A DNA stretch of 64,000 bases from positions 97,145 through 161,144 of the forward strand of contig JAPLKS010000011.1 in NCBI GenBank assembly GCA_026387915.1, read 5' to 3'. The translations under genes and the position numbers were made by a program. Source of the stretch: Gemmatimonadota bacterium. GTDB taxonomy: Bacteria > Gemmatimonadota > Gemmatimonadetes > Gemmatimonadales > Gemmatimonadaceae. Position 1 is the stretch's first letter; each line of letters starts with the position of its first letter. Below the pieces are notes generated by a model. It was not told the origin of the DNA, made no database searches, and saw nothing but the letters and a program-made list of their open reading frames with translations. Of this stretch, positions 9,013 to 18,771 are shown one piece after another.

Positions 9013-10953
9013 CTACGGCGTACCCACCTCAAAGCCGATGTCATCGAGAATGACCGTCCCCGCAGGGCCACGGTCAAAGCGGAAGCGCACCGCCCGTACG
9101 TTACGCGCGTCGAACCCCGTGAGGCGGTCAGCGAATTTCGCGAGCGGAATCGTAAACGTCGTCATCACATCTTCGTGATTCTTGGACGGCGGACTGAGCC
9201 GTTTTTCTACGTACTCCCAACGCCAGAGCCGCACCGTGAGCGGCGGACGAATGGGGGCCACCTCACTCAGCGGGAGCGACGCTACGCGGCCATCGGCCAT
9301 GACCAGTTCGACGGTTAAGTCGAGCGGCAGAGAATCGGCCTTGGCCTTGGCGCTATCGGCCGCCGTTTTCTTACTCGTCGAGGATTTGCTACTGTCGTTA
9401 CTCGCCGCACTTTTCTTGGCCGGCGCGGCCGCTGCGCTGTCACTGAGGAACGCTGTATCGGCGGAGGCGAGCGGCTTTGGCATTTCGCCAACATTGGCCA
9501 GCCCAAAGACAAGCGACGACTGCGCGCCCAGCTTCCACGACGCCGCCAGCGAATCGGGGAGCGAGAGCGAGTAGCTCGCGCGCGTGCTGTCCCCACCGGC
9601 GCGAGGCGCGGTCCACCCAAGCATCACGACGTTGTTATTGAACGGCTGAAGCCCACGACTCCGCATGGTGAGGCCGAGCTCTTTCCACGTGGCCAAGCGC
9701 CGTCCGCTGATGCGCACACCCGCCGCCGATCCGCGCGTGACATCAATCCCTTCTTCGTAGTCGGCGAGATAGCGCGTGGTCGGCGATCCGAAGCGGGAGA
9801 TAAAGATTGTCTTCGGAAGCCAGTTCCCCGCCGTGCGATGGTCCACGAACATAGGCCGGTAGGCCTTTTGGCCGCGTAGCGTCAGATCGAGAAAGCCGGA
9901 GATAAACACCTTGGCCACCTGCCGCTGCTCGTCGCCGGTCAGCAACAACTTCTTGTGCAGCAACCACCCAGAGTTGCCGACATCATTGTCGCCCCACACG
10001 GTATTGAACTGCCCGTGATTCGCGCGATACACAAAAAGCGCCGCCTTCACCCAGTCGCCGCCGTCGGTAAAACGCACGCGGTCGAACTGCCGTAGCCCCA
10101 TAAACGTGCTCACGTCGCTGTCGTGCGAGCCGTGCAGCACGAAGTAATTCACATTCGCTACTGGTGTGCCCTTGTCGCTCGGCTTGTACTGCCCGTCCAC
10201 CGGCGAAATCGCGATCACCGATCTGATGTTGAAGCCAAAGTCAAAGGTCACGCGTGCATCGTCGGGGTAATGCGTGAGCCTGTTGAACGCTGCGGCGACC
10301 GCCACCGCCTCGCCTCCGCGCGAGTGCCCCGCAATGGCAATGCGCGTCATGTCCACTTTGCCGTAGAAGAGATTCGTGCTGTCGGCATTCCATGCACGCC
10401 ATACGGCGAGGTGCTTGAGAAGCATCCATCCGCGCGCGTCGTTTTCGCTGCGCAAGTCGCCGTTCAAAAAGTTTTCGTCCACCGATGCCACGATGTACCC
10501 GCGACTCGCGAGATGTTCGCCGAGGTACTGGTAGCCGGGATCGGAGAACTTCTTCATGTCGTGGTTGCCGTGCACAATCAGGAAGAGCGGGAACGGGCCG
10601 GCGCCCTCGGGATACCAAACCCGCGCGTTTACTGGGAGACGCTTTTCGTCAAAGCCCCAGTAGTCCCATCGCTTCTTCAAACGCTTCTTGTCGCCGCCAC
10701 GCAAATACGGCGTGCCATTAACCGTGCGCGTTTTGATGGTGACGGAATCGCGGTACTCGGCGCGATTCTTATCGGTGCCGTTCCCGTAGTAGAGGAACTT
10801 CACCGCGAGCGGACCCTTCTCCGCCGGATTGGCTGCGGCAATGGTGTTCTTGGCGAGTTGGAGCGCCGAGTCGTCAGGCACGAGCAGCGAACCAGCGGGG
10901 CGGCAGGCGGCAAGCGCGAGGAGCGCGGCCGCCGCAAGATTTCGAGGGGTCAT
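9013..10953 (-). CDS. lipoprotein alpha/beta-hydrolase (PAF-acetylhydrolase/chlorophyllase-like) with C-terminal extra domain
   Basis: Lipobox LLALAAC. PFPLFLIVHGNH and nucleophile elbow IAGHSRGGEA. Ser/Lys/Ala-rich insert. Family call made by eye only. Confidence 0.7.
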   Translation of the reverse strand: MTPRNLAAAALLALAACRPAGSLLVPDDSALQLAKNTIAAANPAEKGPLAVKFLYYGNGTDKNRAEYRDSVTIKTRTVNGTPYLRGGDKKRLKKRWDYWGFDEKRLPVNARVWYPEGAGPFPLFLIVHGNHDMKKFSDPGYQYLGEHLASRGYIVASVDENFLNGDLRSENDARGWMLLKHLAVWRAWNADSTNLFYGKVDMTRIAIAGHSRGGEAVAVAAAFNRLTHYPDDARVTFDFGFNIRSVIAISPVDGQYKPSDKGTPVANVNYFVLHGSHDSDVSTFMGLRQFDRVRFTDGGDWVKAALFVYRANHGQFNTVWGDNDVGNSGWLLHKKLLLTGDEQRQVAKVFISGFLDLTLRGQKAYRPMFVDHRTAGNWLPKTIFISRFGSPTTRYLADYEEGIDVTRGSAAGVRISGRRLATWKELGLTMRSRGLQPFNNNVVMLGWTAPRAGGDSTRASYSLSLPDSLAASWKLGAQSSLVFGLANVGEMPKPLASADTAFLSDSAAAAPAKKSAASNDSSKSSTSKKTAADSAKAKADSLPLDLTVELVMADGRVASLPLSEVAPIRPPLTVRLWRWEYVEKRLSPPSKNHEDVMTTFTIPLAKFADRLTGFDARNVRAVRFRFDRGPAGTVILDDIGFEVGTP

Positions 10954-11011
10954 AAGTCGATGACGTTATCGGGTGCTCCTCGCTCCGGAAAGGGGGCTGA
11001 ATCCGGCCTTC

Positions 11012-11052
11012 GCAAAACAGCCCCGCCGGTCAACGACCGGCGGGGCTGTTTC
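11012..11052 (-). terminator. intrinsic terminator after rpsA
   Basis: Perfect 14-bp stem cagccccgccggtc/gaccggcggggctg (11018-11031 / 11035-11048), followed on the minus strand by TTTTGCG. Confidence 0.8.
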
Positions 11053-11073
11053 GGCATACAAACTCCGAGGCGA

Positions 11074-12897
11074 CTACTCCTCGATATCGTCCGCGGTGAT
11101 GTTCGCCGGGATTTCCGGAATGGCCGCTTCGCCTTCTTCCGTGAACACCTTGCTCGGCGTTTCCGGACGCGGCGGCTGCTCAGCCGGGATGCTCGTCACG
11201 GACAGCACAATGCGACGGTGGATCGGATCCACCTCAAGCACGCGCACTTCGAGATTCATCCCTTCCCACGCGAGGTCGGCCGTGCTCTGCACCTGGCTTC
11301 CCGTGAGGTTGAGCTGCGAAATCGGCACAAAGCCTTCGATGTCGTTGCCAATGTCCGCGACGACGCCCTTCTCCATCAGGCGCACAACCTTGCCCTTGAG
11401 TTCCGTGCCGACCGGATAGTTCTCACCGATCTTCAGCCATGGATCCTCAGCGGCCTGCTTGAGGCCGAGCGAGATGCGCTTGTTGTCGCTGTCGATGTTC
11501 AAGATCACGACGTCGACCGCATCGCCCTTCTTCACGACTTCCGACGGGTGCTGGACGCGCTTCGTCCAGCTCATGTCGGAGATGTGAATGAGGCCGTCGA
11601 TGCCCGGCTCGATTTCGACGAACGCGCCGAACGATGTCAGGTTGCGAACCTTGCCATTGATGCGCGTGCCGACCGGGTACTTGAGCGGCAACACCATCCA
11701 CGGATCCTGTTCGGTCTGCTTCATACCGAGCGAGATCTTCTCTTCGTTCGGATCGACCTTCAGCACCACCGCCTCGATCGCCTCGCCGATGCTCACGAGC
11801 TTCGACGGGTGACGGACGTTGCGCGTCCAGCTCATTTCGCTGATGTGCACGAGCCCTTCGATGCCCGGCTCGAGTTCGATGAAGGCGCCGTAGTTCGTGA
11901 TCGAGACGACCTTGCCCGACACGCGCGTGCCCACCGGGTACTTGGCGGCGACGTCCTTCCACGGATAGCTCTGGAGCTGCTTGAGGCCGAGCGAAATGCG
12001 CTCGCGCTCCCAATCAATGTCCAGCACCTTGATCTCAAGCTCGGCACCGATCTGCACCATTTCGCTCGGGTGCGAGATACGGCCCCACGACATGTCGGTG
12101 ATGTGGAGCAATCCGTCCACGCCGCCGAGGTCGATGAAGGCGCCGAAGTCCGTGATGTTCTTGACCACGCCCTTCCGCACCTGATCCTTCTGGAGCTCCT
12201 TCATCAGCTTCTCGCGCTTGCCGGCGCGCTCGGTCTCGAGAATCACGCGGCGCGAGACGACGATGTTGCGGCGACGCTTGTTGAGCTTGATGATCTTGAA
12301 CTCGTACTTCTGGCCCAGGAGCTCGTCGATGTTCGGCACACGACGGAGCGCGATCTGCGAGCCCGGGAGGAACGCATCGACGCCCATAAGGTCGACGACC
12401 ACGCCACCCTTGATCTTCTTGACGAGGACGCCGGCCACCGGCTGGTCGCTCTCGTAGGCCACACGAATCTTTTCCCACACGCGCATGAAGTCGGCTTTCT
12501 TCTTGGAAAGGACGACCGCGCCTTCCTGATCTTCGAGGTGCTCGAGGAGCACTTCGATTTCGTCACCGACCTTGAGGTCGGGAATATCCTTGAATTCCTC
12601 GAGCGGGATCGTGCCTTCGCTCTTGAAGCCGATGTCGAGTACGACGAGGTTGTCGCGAATCTCGAGGACGCGCGACTTGACGATCTCGCCTTCTTCGATC
12701 GACGCCAGCGTGCCGTTGTACATCTCCAGCATCTGCTCGTACTCGGCCGACGTGTACTCGTCTTCCTCGTAGAGTTCTGGGCGGCGATTGGAAAGGGGGC
12801 GGAGCTGCGCCTTCTGCAGGTCGCGCTTCTCACGTGCCGTCAACGGCGACGCGGATTCTTCGGGGGACTCGGTAGACTCGAGTGTTTCGGTGGTCAT
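11074..12897 (-). CDS. rpsA: 30S ribosomal protein S1 (six S1 repeats, acidic N-terminal extension)
   Basis: Repeated GxVxxItdFGAFvdl S1 motifs. Confidence 0.95.
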   Translation of the reverse strand: MTTETLESTESPEESASPLTAREKRDLQKAQLRPLSNRRPELYEEDEYTSAEYEQMLEMYNGTLASIEEGEIVKSRVLEIRDNLVVLDIGFKSEGTIPLEEFKDIPDLKVGDEIEVLLEHLEDQEGAVVLSKKKADFMRVWEKIRVAYESDQPVAGVLVKKIKGGVVVDLMGVDAFLPGSQIALRRVPNIDELLGQKYEFKIIKLNKRRRNIVVSRRVILETERAGKREKLMKELQKDQVRKGVVKNITDFGAFIDLGGVDGLLHITDMSWGRISHPSEMVQIGAELEIKVLDIDWERERISLGLKQLQSYPWKDVAAKYPVGTRVSGKVVSITNYGAFIELEPGIEGLVHISEMSWTRNVRHPSKLVSIGEAIEAVVLKVDPNEEKISLGMKQTEQDPWMVLPLKYPVGTRINGKVRNLTSFGAFVEIEPGIDGLIHISDMSWTKRVQHPSEVVKKGDAVDVVILNIDSDNKRISLGLKQAAEDPWLKIGENYPVGTELKGKVVRLMEKGVVADIGNDIEGFVPISQLNLTGSQVQSTADLAWEGMNLEVRVLEVDPIHRRIVLSVTSIPAEQPPRPETPSKVFTEEGEAAIPEIPANITADDIEE

Positions 12898-13044
12898 GGA
12901 CCTTAGTCGCGGAGGGGATCGGCTCGCCGCGACGGCGAGGATTCGGGGTAAACGAACAAGGCTCCGGCCGATTTGCCAGAGCCATCTATTTTAGCAGGAA
13001 AAAGCCCCGCCGTCAATGGCGGTAACCGGTGTCGGGACGGGAAC

Positions 13045-13731
13045 TTAGGCGCGTCGCTCCGCTGCCAGGGCAACGATCCGGGCCACTTGCTCTGCCTGGG
13101 TGATCCCCGTGGTGTCCACCCAGACCGCGTCAGGAGCGGGTTGAGTCTGCTCGCTGTCGCGCAGGTCGCGGGTCTCCAGCGCCTCGGTTTCGGTCTCCAA
13201 GGCCTCCGCAGTGGGCTCTCCGCCCCCCCGCTGGAGGAGGCGCCGACGCGCCCGCTCGGTGGGGAGCGCCACCAGCCAAATTTTCAGCCCGGCGTCGGGA
13301 AAGACCACCGTTCCCATGTCGCGCCCGTCGGCTACCACGTCATGCTCCTGCGAGAGCGCGCGCACCTGCTCGTTCACCCACAACCGGACGTGGTTCATTT
13401 TGGCCACGAGCGAGACCAACGCCGTCACGGCGTCGCTGCGGATTTCGTCCTCGCAGTCCGCGCCGTCAATGTTGGCGAGGAAGGTGGTCGTGCCGGGGCG
13501 GAAGCTGACGCGCTGCGCGGCTTCAAGCACCGAGCCTTCGGTCCAGAGCGTGGCGTCATCACCCTCACGTAGGCGCGCCGCCGTCACGGCGCGGTAGAGC
13601 GCCCCAGAATCCACATGTCGGGCGCCAACCTGTTCGGCCACCATGCGTGCGGTGGACGATTTTCCAGATGCGGCGGGGCCGTCGATGGTGACGGCGAACG
13701 GCGTCTTAGCGGATGGCACGGGCGAGGTCAT
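13045..13731 (-). CDS. cmk: cytidylate kinase
   Basis: FAVTIDGPAASGKSSTARMVA. Trimmed to ATG 13731; the track ORF runs to 13953 inside aroA. Confidence 0.88.
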   Translation of the reverse strand: MTSPVPSAKTPFAVTIDGPAASGKSSTARMVAEQVGARHVDSGALYRAVTAARLREGDDATLWTEGSVLEAAQRVSFRPGTTTFLANIDGADCEDEIRSDAVTALVSLVAKMNHVRLWVNEQVRALSQEHDVVADGRDMGTVVFPDAGLKIWLVALPTERARRRLLQRGGGEPTAEALETETEALETRDLRDSEQTQPAPDAVWVDTTGITQAEQVARIVALAAERRA

Positions 13732-14965
13732 TCCAGAACTCGGGGTAAGACACGCGGACACAATCGGGATCGTCGATTTCAATTTGATTGCCGGGGAGCG
13801 CGCCGAGAATCCCAAAGGCCATCGCAATGCGATGGTCGCCGTGGGTAATGACTCGGCCGGCGAGCGGTCGATCGCTCCCCTGCACCACAAATCCGTCGGG
13901 CAACTCGTCGGCCTCCGCACCAACCGCGCGGAGATTCTGCACCACGGCCGCAATGCGATCGCTCTCCTTCACGCGGAGCTCTGCGGCACCGGTGACGCGC
14001 GTTTCCCCCACGGCACGCGCGCCCACACAGGCGAGCATCGGGAGTTCGTCAATCAGCGATGGCACTTCATGCGGCTCGATGACCGTGCCGACGACGCGCC
14101 GCGGCGCCACCACGAGCGTGGCTACCGGTTCTCCACCGTTGTCGCGCACGTCTTCCCACCCGAGCCGCACGCCCATCCGCTCGAGCACGGCAAAGGCGCC
14201 GGTTCGAGACGGATTGGTGCAGACGTTTTCGAGCGCGATCTCACCCGCCGTGGCGAGGGCGGCAAGCGCGGCAAAGAAGGTAGCGGACGAGGGATCGCCG
14301 GGCACCGCCGTGTCCATCGCGGCGAGCGGGCCTCCCGGAACAAACGTCACTATCGTGCCCTCACTTCGCACATCGATGCCACGCCCGCGCAACATGCGCT
14401 CGGTGTGATCGCGCGTGAGGGCGGGCTCGTGCACCTCCACCGGCACGTTGGCGACGAGCCCCGCGAGCAGAATCGCGCTCTTTACCTGCGCGCTCGCGTG
14501 CTCGCTGCGCCAGGTGATGCCGTGCAACGCACCGCCATGCACGGTCATCGGCAGGCCATCGCCGTTTTCAAATTCAAAACGCGCGCCCATCGCGGTGAGT
14601 GGCTTTGACACGCGCTGCATCGGACGTGTACTGAGACTCGCATCGCCAATCACGCGCGACGCGAACGGACTCGCGGCGAGAATGCCCGCCATCACTCGCG
14701 TAGTGGTTCCACTATTGCCGCCGTCGAGATCGTGCGCACTTGCACGCAACCCGCCGAGCCCCACGCCCTCCACCACCATCGCATCGGGCGAGACGTCTGG
14801 CACCGCCACTCCAAGCGCGCGCAACATCGCCGCCGTGCTCTGCACGTCAGCGGAGGGCAAGAGCCCTGTGATTCGCGAGGCCCCGCTCCCGAGCGCGCCG
14901 AGCATCAGCGCGCGGTGCGAGATGCTCTTGTCACCGGGAACGCGCACGGTACCGCTTACGCGCAT
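13706..14965 (-). CDS. aroA: 3-phosphoshikimate 1-carboxyvinyltransferase (EPSP synthase)
   Basis: MRVSGTVRVPGDKSISHRALMLGAL...GDHRIAMAF. Trimmed to ATG 14965, just after the dapD stop at 14968. Confidence 0.92.
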   Translation of the reverse strand: MRVSGTVRVPGDKSISHRALMLGALGSGASRITGLLPSADVQSTAAMLRALGVAVPDVSPDAMVVEGVGLGGLRASAHDLDGGNSGTTTRVMAGILAASPFASRVIGDASLSTRPMQRVSKPLTAMGARFEFENGDGLPMTVHGGALHGITWRSEHASAQVKSAILLAGLVANVPVEVHEPALTRDHTERMLRGRGIDVRSEGTIVTFVPGGPLAAMDTAVPGDPSSATFFAALAALATAGEIALENVCTNPSRTGAFAVLERMGVRLGWEDVRDNGGEPVATLVVAPRRVVGTVIEPHEVPSLIDELPMLACVGARAVGETRVTGAAELRVKESDRIAAVVQNLRAVGAEADELPDGFVVQGSDRPLAGRVITHGDHRIAMAFGILGALPGNQIEIDDPDCVRVSYPEFWNDLARAIR

Positions 14966-14967
14966 GG

Positions 14968-15825
14968 TTACCGCAGCCACCCTTCGAGGGCGGTCGCGAG
15001 GTCGGTCTTCTCGTCGCGGTACTTCACAATGACTGGCGTCTGCAACGCGAGTCCCTGCGACGCGGCCCATCCGCCGCTGACGTTGCGCGCCCCTGGCACC
15101 ACCACCGCCCCCTCAGGGATTTCCAGCGGCGCATCAGCGGACGCGCGATACACCGTCTCGCGCACGAGATCGTACACGGGAGTGCCTCGTGTGAGGACAA
15201 CTCCCGCGCCAATGACCGCTTTCTGCCGCACGACGGTGCCTTCGTAGACGCCCGTGTTGCCGCCCATCATGACATCGTCTTCAATGATGACTGGACTCGC
15301 GTTCACCGGCTCGAGCACACCGCCCACCTGTGCGGCCGCGCTGATGTGGCAGCGCGCGCCAATCTGCGCGCAACTACCAATAAGAGCGTGGGAGTCGATC
15401 ATGGTACCGGCGCCAACGTACGCACCGACGTTCACAAACATCGGCGGCATACACACCACACCGGCCGCGATGTACGCGCCGCGCCGAATCGTGGAACCAC
15501 CGGGCACCACGCGCACGTTGCGCTCCACGCCAAACTGCTGCGGCGGGTACGTGGCTTTGTCGACGAACGAAAAGACGCCGCCGGCTGGCGAGAGATCCGC
15601 GAGCGCACCAAAACGGAATCCTGCGAGAATGCCGCGCTTCACCCACGGCACTGCGCGCCAGATACCGTCGTCGCCGCGCGTGGCGGAACGCAGTTCGCCG
15701 CGCTCCAGCGCCGTGAGCAAGGTGTCAATGAGCGCCATCGCGTCGCTCGGCGCGGGCGTGCCAGCGGGCAGCGCCACCAGCGCTTCGATGCGCGATTCGA
15801 GGTCGTGCAGGTGGGAGGCGGTCAC
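14968..15825 (-). CDS. dapD: tetrahydrodipicolinate N-succinyltransferase
   Basis: Hexapeptide-repeat region with GAYVGAGTMIDSHALIGSCAQIG. GTGA overlap with dapA. Confidence 0.88.
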   Translation of the reverse strand: MTASHLHDLESRIEALVALPAGTPAPSDAMALIDTLLTALERGELRSATRGDDGIWRAVPWVKRGILAGFRFGALADLSPAGGVFSFVDKATYPPQQFGVERNVRVVPGGSTIRRGAYIAAGVVCMPPMFVNVGAYVGAGTMIDSHALIGSCAQIGARCHISAAAQVGGVLEPVNASPVIIEDDVMMGGNTGVYEGTVVRQKAVIGAGVVLTRGTPVYDLVRETVYRASADAPLEIPEGAVVVPGARNVSGGWAASQGLALQTPVIVKYRDEKTDLATALEGWLR

Positions 15826-16712
15826 GCGCTGAGCGCTCCGGCCGCCACCAAACTCAGGCGCAGCCGCTCTTCGTGACGCGCATCCATAGGCACAAGCGGC
15901 AACCGCAACCGGTTGTCGAGCTTTCCCATGAGGTGCAACGCGGCTTTGATGGGGAGTGGATTCGATTCACAAAACGCGGCCTGGGCAAAATCGTGCAGCG
16001 AGAGATGTAAGGCGCGGGCCTCGTCCATCTTCCCCGCAGCGGCGGCCGTCGCCAGTGCGCTCATTGCGCGCGGCACGGCGTTGGAGATTACCGAAATCAC
16101 CCCGTGACCACCGGCGGCCATCACGGCAAGCGTGAGCCCATCGTCGCCCGATAGCACGCGAAACCCTTTCGGCGCGTGCCGAATGATCTCGCTGATTTGC
16201 GCCAGATTCCCGCTCGCTTCTTTGACTGCCACAATGTTTTCGTGTTCAGCGAGCGCGAGCGTCGTTTCGGCTTCGAGATTGCTCGCCGTGCGACCGGGCA
16301 CGTTGTACACCACCACCGGAAGCGGCGACGCCTCGGCAATGGCCCAGAAGTGCGCAATGATGCCGCGCTGGGGCGGTTTGCTGTACGCGGGCGACACATG
16401 CAACACGTGCGTGGCGCCGGTTGCCGCCATGAGCTTGGACGTTTCGATCGCAACGCGCGTGTCGTTGCCGCCAGCACCGGCAATCACCGGCACGCGACCC
16501 GCTGCGCGCTCCGCCGTCACGCGCGCCACGAGCAGGCGTTCTTCCAGCGAGAGCGTGGCGGCCTCGCCGGTGGAACCCACCGGCACGAGGCCGTGAATCC
16601 CCTCGGCGATCTGCCAATCCACCAGCGCGGCGAGCGTGTCGACGGCCACCGAGCCCTCGGCGTTGAACGGCGTGACAATCGCGGTGGAACATCCACTCAG
16701 CAATGCGGTCAT
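15822..16712 (-). CDS. dapA: 4-hydroxy-tetrahydrodipicolinate synthase
   Basis: TAIVTPF...GLVPVGSTGEAATLS...VYNVPGRT. Confidence 0.93.
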   Translation of the reverse strand: MTALLSGCSTAIVTPFNAEGSVAVDTLAALVDWQIAEGIHGLVPVGSTGEAATLSLEERLLVARVTAERAAGRVPVIAGAGGNDTRVAIETSKLMAATGATHVLHVSPAYSKPPQRGIIAHFWAIAEASPLPVVVYNVPGRTASNLEAETTLALAEHENIVAVKEASGNLAQISEIIRHAPKGFRVLSGDDGLTLAVMAAGGHGVISVISNAVPRAMSALATAAAAGKMDEARALHLSLHDFAQAAFCESNPLPIKAALHLMGKLDNRLRLPLVPMDARHEERLRLSLVAAGALSA

Positions 16713-17416
16713 TCGGCGGCCCCAAGCACGTGATCGAGCGTGAACACGCCGCGTCGCCCTGCCACCCAGCGCGCGGCCGTGAGCGCACCGGACGCGAACA
16801 CCTTTCGGTCGCGGGCCGTGTGCGTGAGAGTGATCTGTTCGAACGGTGCATCAAAAACGAGTTCGTGTGTGCCGGGCACTGACCCCGTGCGAATGCTCGT
16901 CACCGGCAACTCGCGACCGAGCACGCGCCCAACGGCGGCGGCGAGCCAACGCGCGGTGCCCGACGGCGCGTCGAGCTTGGCGCTGTGATGCGTGTCCACG
17001 AGGTGCGCATCAAAACCGGCGTTGGCCTGCGCCATGATGCGAGCCGTCTCGGCAGCGATCCGCGAGAAGAGGTGTACGCCGATCGAAAAGTTCGGCGCCC
17101 AGAGCAACGCCCCACCGCTGCGGCGGACCTCGTCCTCGATCGTCGCGCGTTCGGCGTCCCAGCCCGTTGTGCCACTGACCACCGGCACGCCGGCGGCGAG
17201 GCATGCACGCACATTCGCCGCGGCCGCAGTCGGAACGGTGAACTCAATGGCCACCTCGGCGCCGGCGAGCAACTCGCGCGTGAGACCGCTCGCACCCACC
17301 TGCGCTTCGCCGAGCAGTGCGACCACGTCAAACCCCTGCTCTGACGCGAGCGCCGCCACCGCACATCCCATTTTGCCGTCGCCAATAATGGCGAGGCGTG
17401 TCCGAGGCGCGGTCAC
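16709..17416 (-). CDS. dapB: 4-hydroxy-tetrahydrodipicolinate reductase
   Basis: LAIIGDGKMG...HHSAKLDAPSGTA. Confidence 0.9.
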   Translation of the reverse strand: MTAPRTRLAIIGDGKMGCAVAALASEQGFDVVALLGEAQVGASGLTRELLAGAEVAIEFTVPTAAAANVRACLAAGVPVVSGTTGWDAERATIEDEVRRSGGALLWAPNFSIGVHLFSRIAAETARIMAQANAGFDAHLVDTHHSAKLDAPSGTARWLAAAVGRVLGRELPVTSIRTGSVPGTHELVFDAPFEQITLTHTARDRKVFASGALTAARWVAGRRGVFTLDHVLGAAE

Positions 17417-18771
17417 GCGGCCCCCGTGCCAAAGAATGCCTGATGCAACTGACGCATCACGGGCTTTACTTGATCGCCGTCAACGATCATTGTGAGATTA
17501 ATGCCCGTGGCGCTCAGCGAGAGCATATGCAAGCGCGTGTCGCCAATGGCCGCGATGGCCTTGGCCATAGACGGCGAGCTTTCGCCAAGCCCGGCGCCCA
17601 CCAGCGCGACGATGCCACGATTGCGTTCGAGCTCCACATCTCCAAAGGAGCGCAGCTCTGCGAGCACCGCGTCGAGGTGTTGATCGTCATCCACCGTGAG
17701 CGACACGGACACTTCGGAGGTCGTGACGACGTCCACCGATGTTTTATGGCGCGCGAACACGTCGAAGATGGCGCGCAACGCCCCTGGCATGCCGAGCATG
17801 CGGGGCGAGTGCACCTTCACCACCATCGTGTTCCCCTTTCCGGCAATCGCGCGCACCGGGAATGCGGGGGCCTCGGAGGTGATGCGCGTTCCTTTGCCAT
17901 CGGGGCGCAACGAGTTGAACACAAATACGGGGATGCCGCGCTTTACCGCCGGCGCGATGGTATTCGGATGCAACACCTTGGCGCCGAAGCTCGCGAGTTC
18001 GGCGGCTTCGTCAAAGCGAATGTGCTCAATGAGCTGAGCGCCGGTGACGACGCGGGGATCGCAGGTGAGCATGCCGTCGACGTCGGTCCAGATTTCGATG
18101 GCTTCGGCCTGCAGCGCGGCGCCAAAGAGGGCCGCGCTGTAGTCAGAGCCGCCGCGCCCGAGCGTCGTCGTCACTCCCTCGCGCGTAGAGCCCATGTAGC
18201 CACCGAGGATTGGGACGCGTCCGGCTTTCACGTGCGGCACGAGGAGCTCGAGCGCGGCCGCCGCGATCGCCTCCTCTTGCGGCTCTGCTTTGCCGAAGGT
18301 GGCATCGGTAATGAGCACGCGGCGCGCGTCCACCAGCACGGTGTCGATGTCGTGCCGACGAAACGCTGCGGCAACAATCGGCGCGGAGAGCTGCTCGCCC
18401 ATCGCGGAAATCGTGTCGAGCGAACGTGGCGTGAGATAGCCGAGCACCGACAGCGCTTCGGCGAGATGTGCGAGTTCGTCGAACAACATCGAAATTTCGG
18501 CCGCGACGTCGTCCGCGTCGGCACCGGTGCCAATGAGTTCACGCGCGGTAGCCAAGTGTCGCTCGCGGAGCGCCTCCACTTGTTCGATGGCGGCAACGAG
18601 CTGGCCGTTGGCCGCCATTTCCGCCGACGCAATCAGCGCGTTGGTGGTACCGGCGAGCGCCGAGACCACGACAACAGGATGCCGGTCGAGTCGGCCGCGA
18701 ATAATGGCGGCCGTCCGCCGAATGGCGGCGGCGTCGCCCACCGATGTGCCGCCGAACTTGGCGACGATCAC
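17413..18771 (-). CDS. lysC: aspartate kinase
   Basis: IVAKFGGTSVGD...LGRGGSDYSAA, with two ACT-like C-terminal repeats. GTG start. Confidence 0.93.
   Translation of the reverse strand: MIVAKFGGTSVGDAAAIRRTAAIIRGRLDRHPVVVVSALAGTTNALIASAEMAANGQLVAAIEQVEALRERHLATARELIGTGADADDVAAEISMLFDELAHLAEALSVLGYLTPRSLDTISAMGEQLSAPIVAAAFRRHDIDTVLVDARRVLITDATFGKAEPQEEAIAAAALELLVPHVKAGRVPILGGYMGSTREGVTTTLGRGGSDYSAALFGAALQAEAIEIWTDVDGMLTCDPRVVTGAQLIEHIRFDEAAELASFGAKVLHPNTIAPAVKRGIPVFVFNSLRPDGKGTRITSEAPAFPVRAIAGKGNTMVVKVHSPRMLGMPGALRAIFDVFARHKTSVDVVTTSEVSVSLTVDDDQHLDAVLAELRSFGDVELERNRGIVALVGAGLGESSPSMAKAIAAIGDTRLHMLSLSATGINLTMIVDGDQVKPVMRQLHQAFFGTGAA

Noticed and set aside
10123-12906. 927-aa plus-strand ORF, the longest in the track
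   Set aside because: It is antisense to rpsA and to the alpha/beta-hydrolase, both recognised with high confidence. Its sequence is Arg/His/Ala/Leu-rich with no domain motif. This is the typical stop-free shadow frame of GC-rich DNA.
12999-13023. Terminator after cmk (CCGCC-loop-GGCGG followed by T5 on the minus strand)
   Set aside because: The stem is only 5 bp, and cmk-rpsA are commonly co-transcribed. The evidence is too weak to list as a feature.
15950-15975. Second Rex site (TTCACAA half-site at 15966-15972)
   Set aside because: Only one half-site is present, the partner half is not recognisable, and the site lies inside dapA coding sequence.
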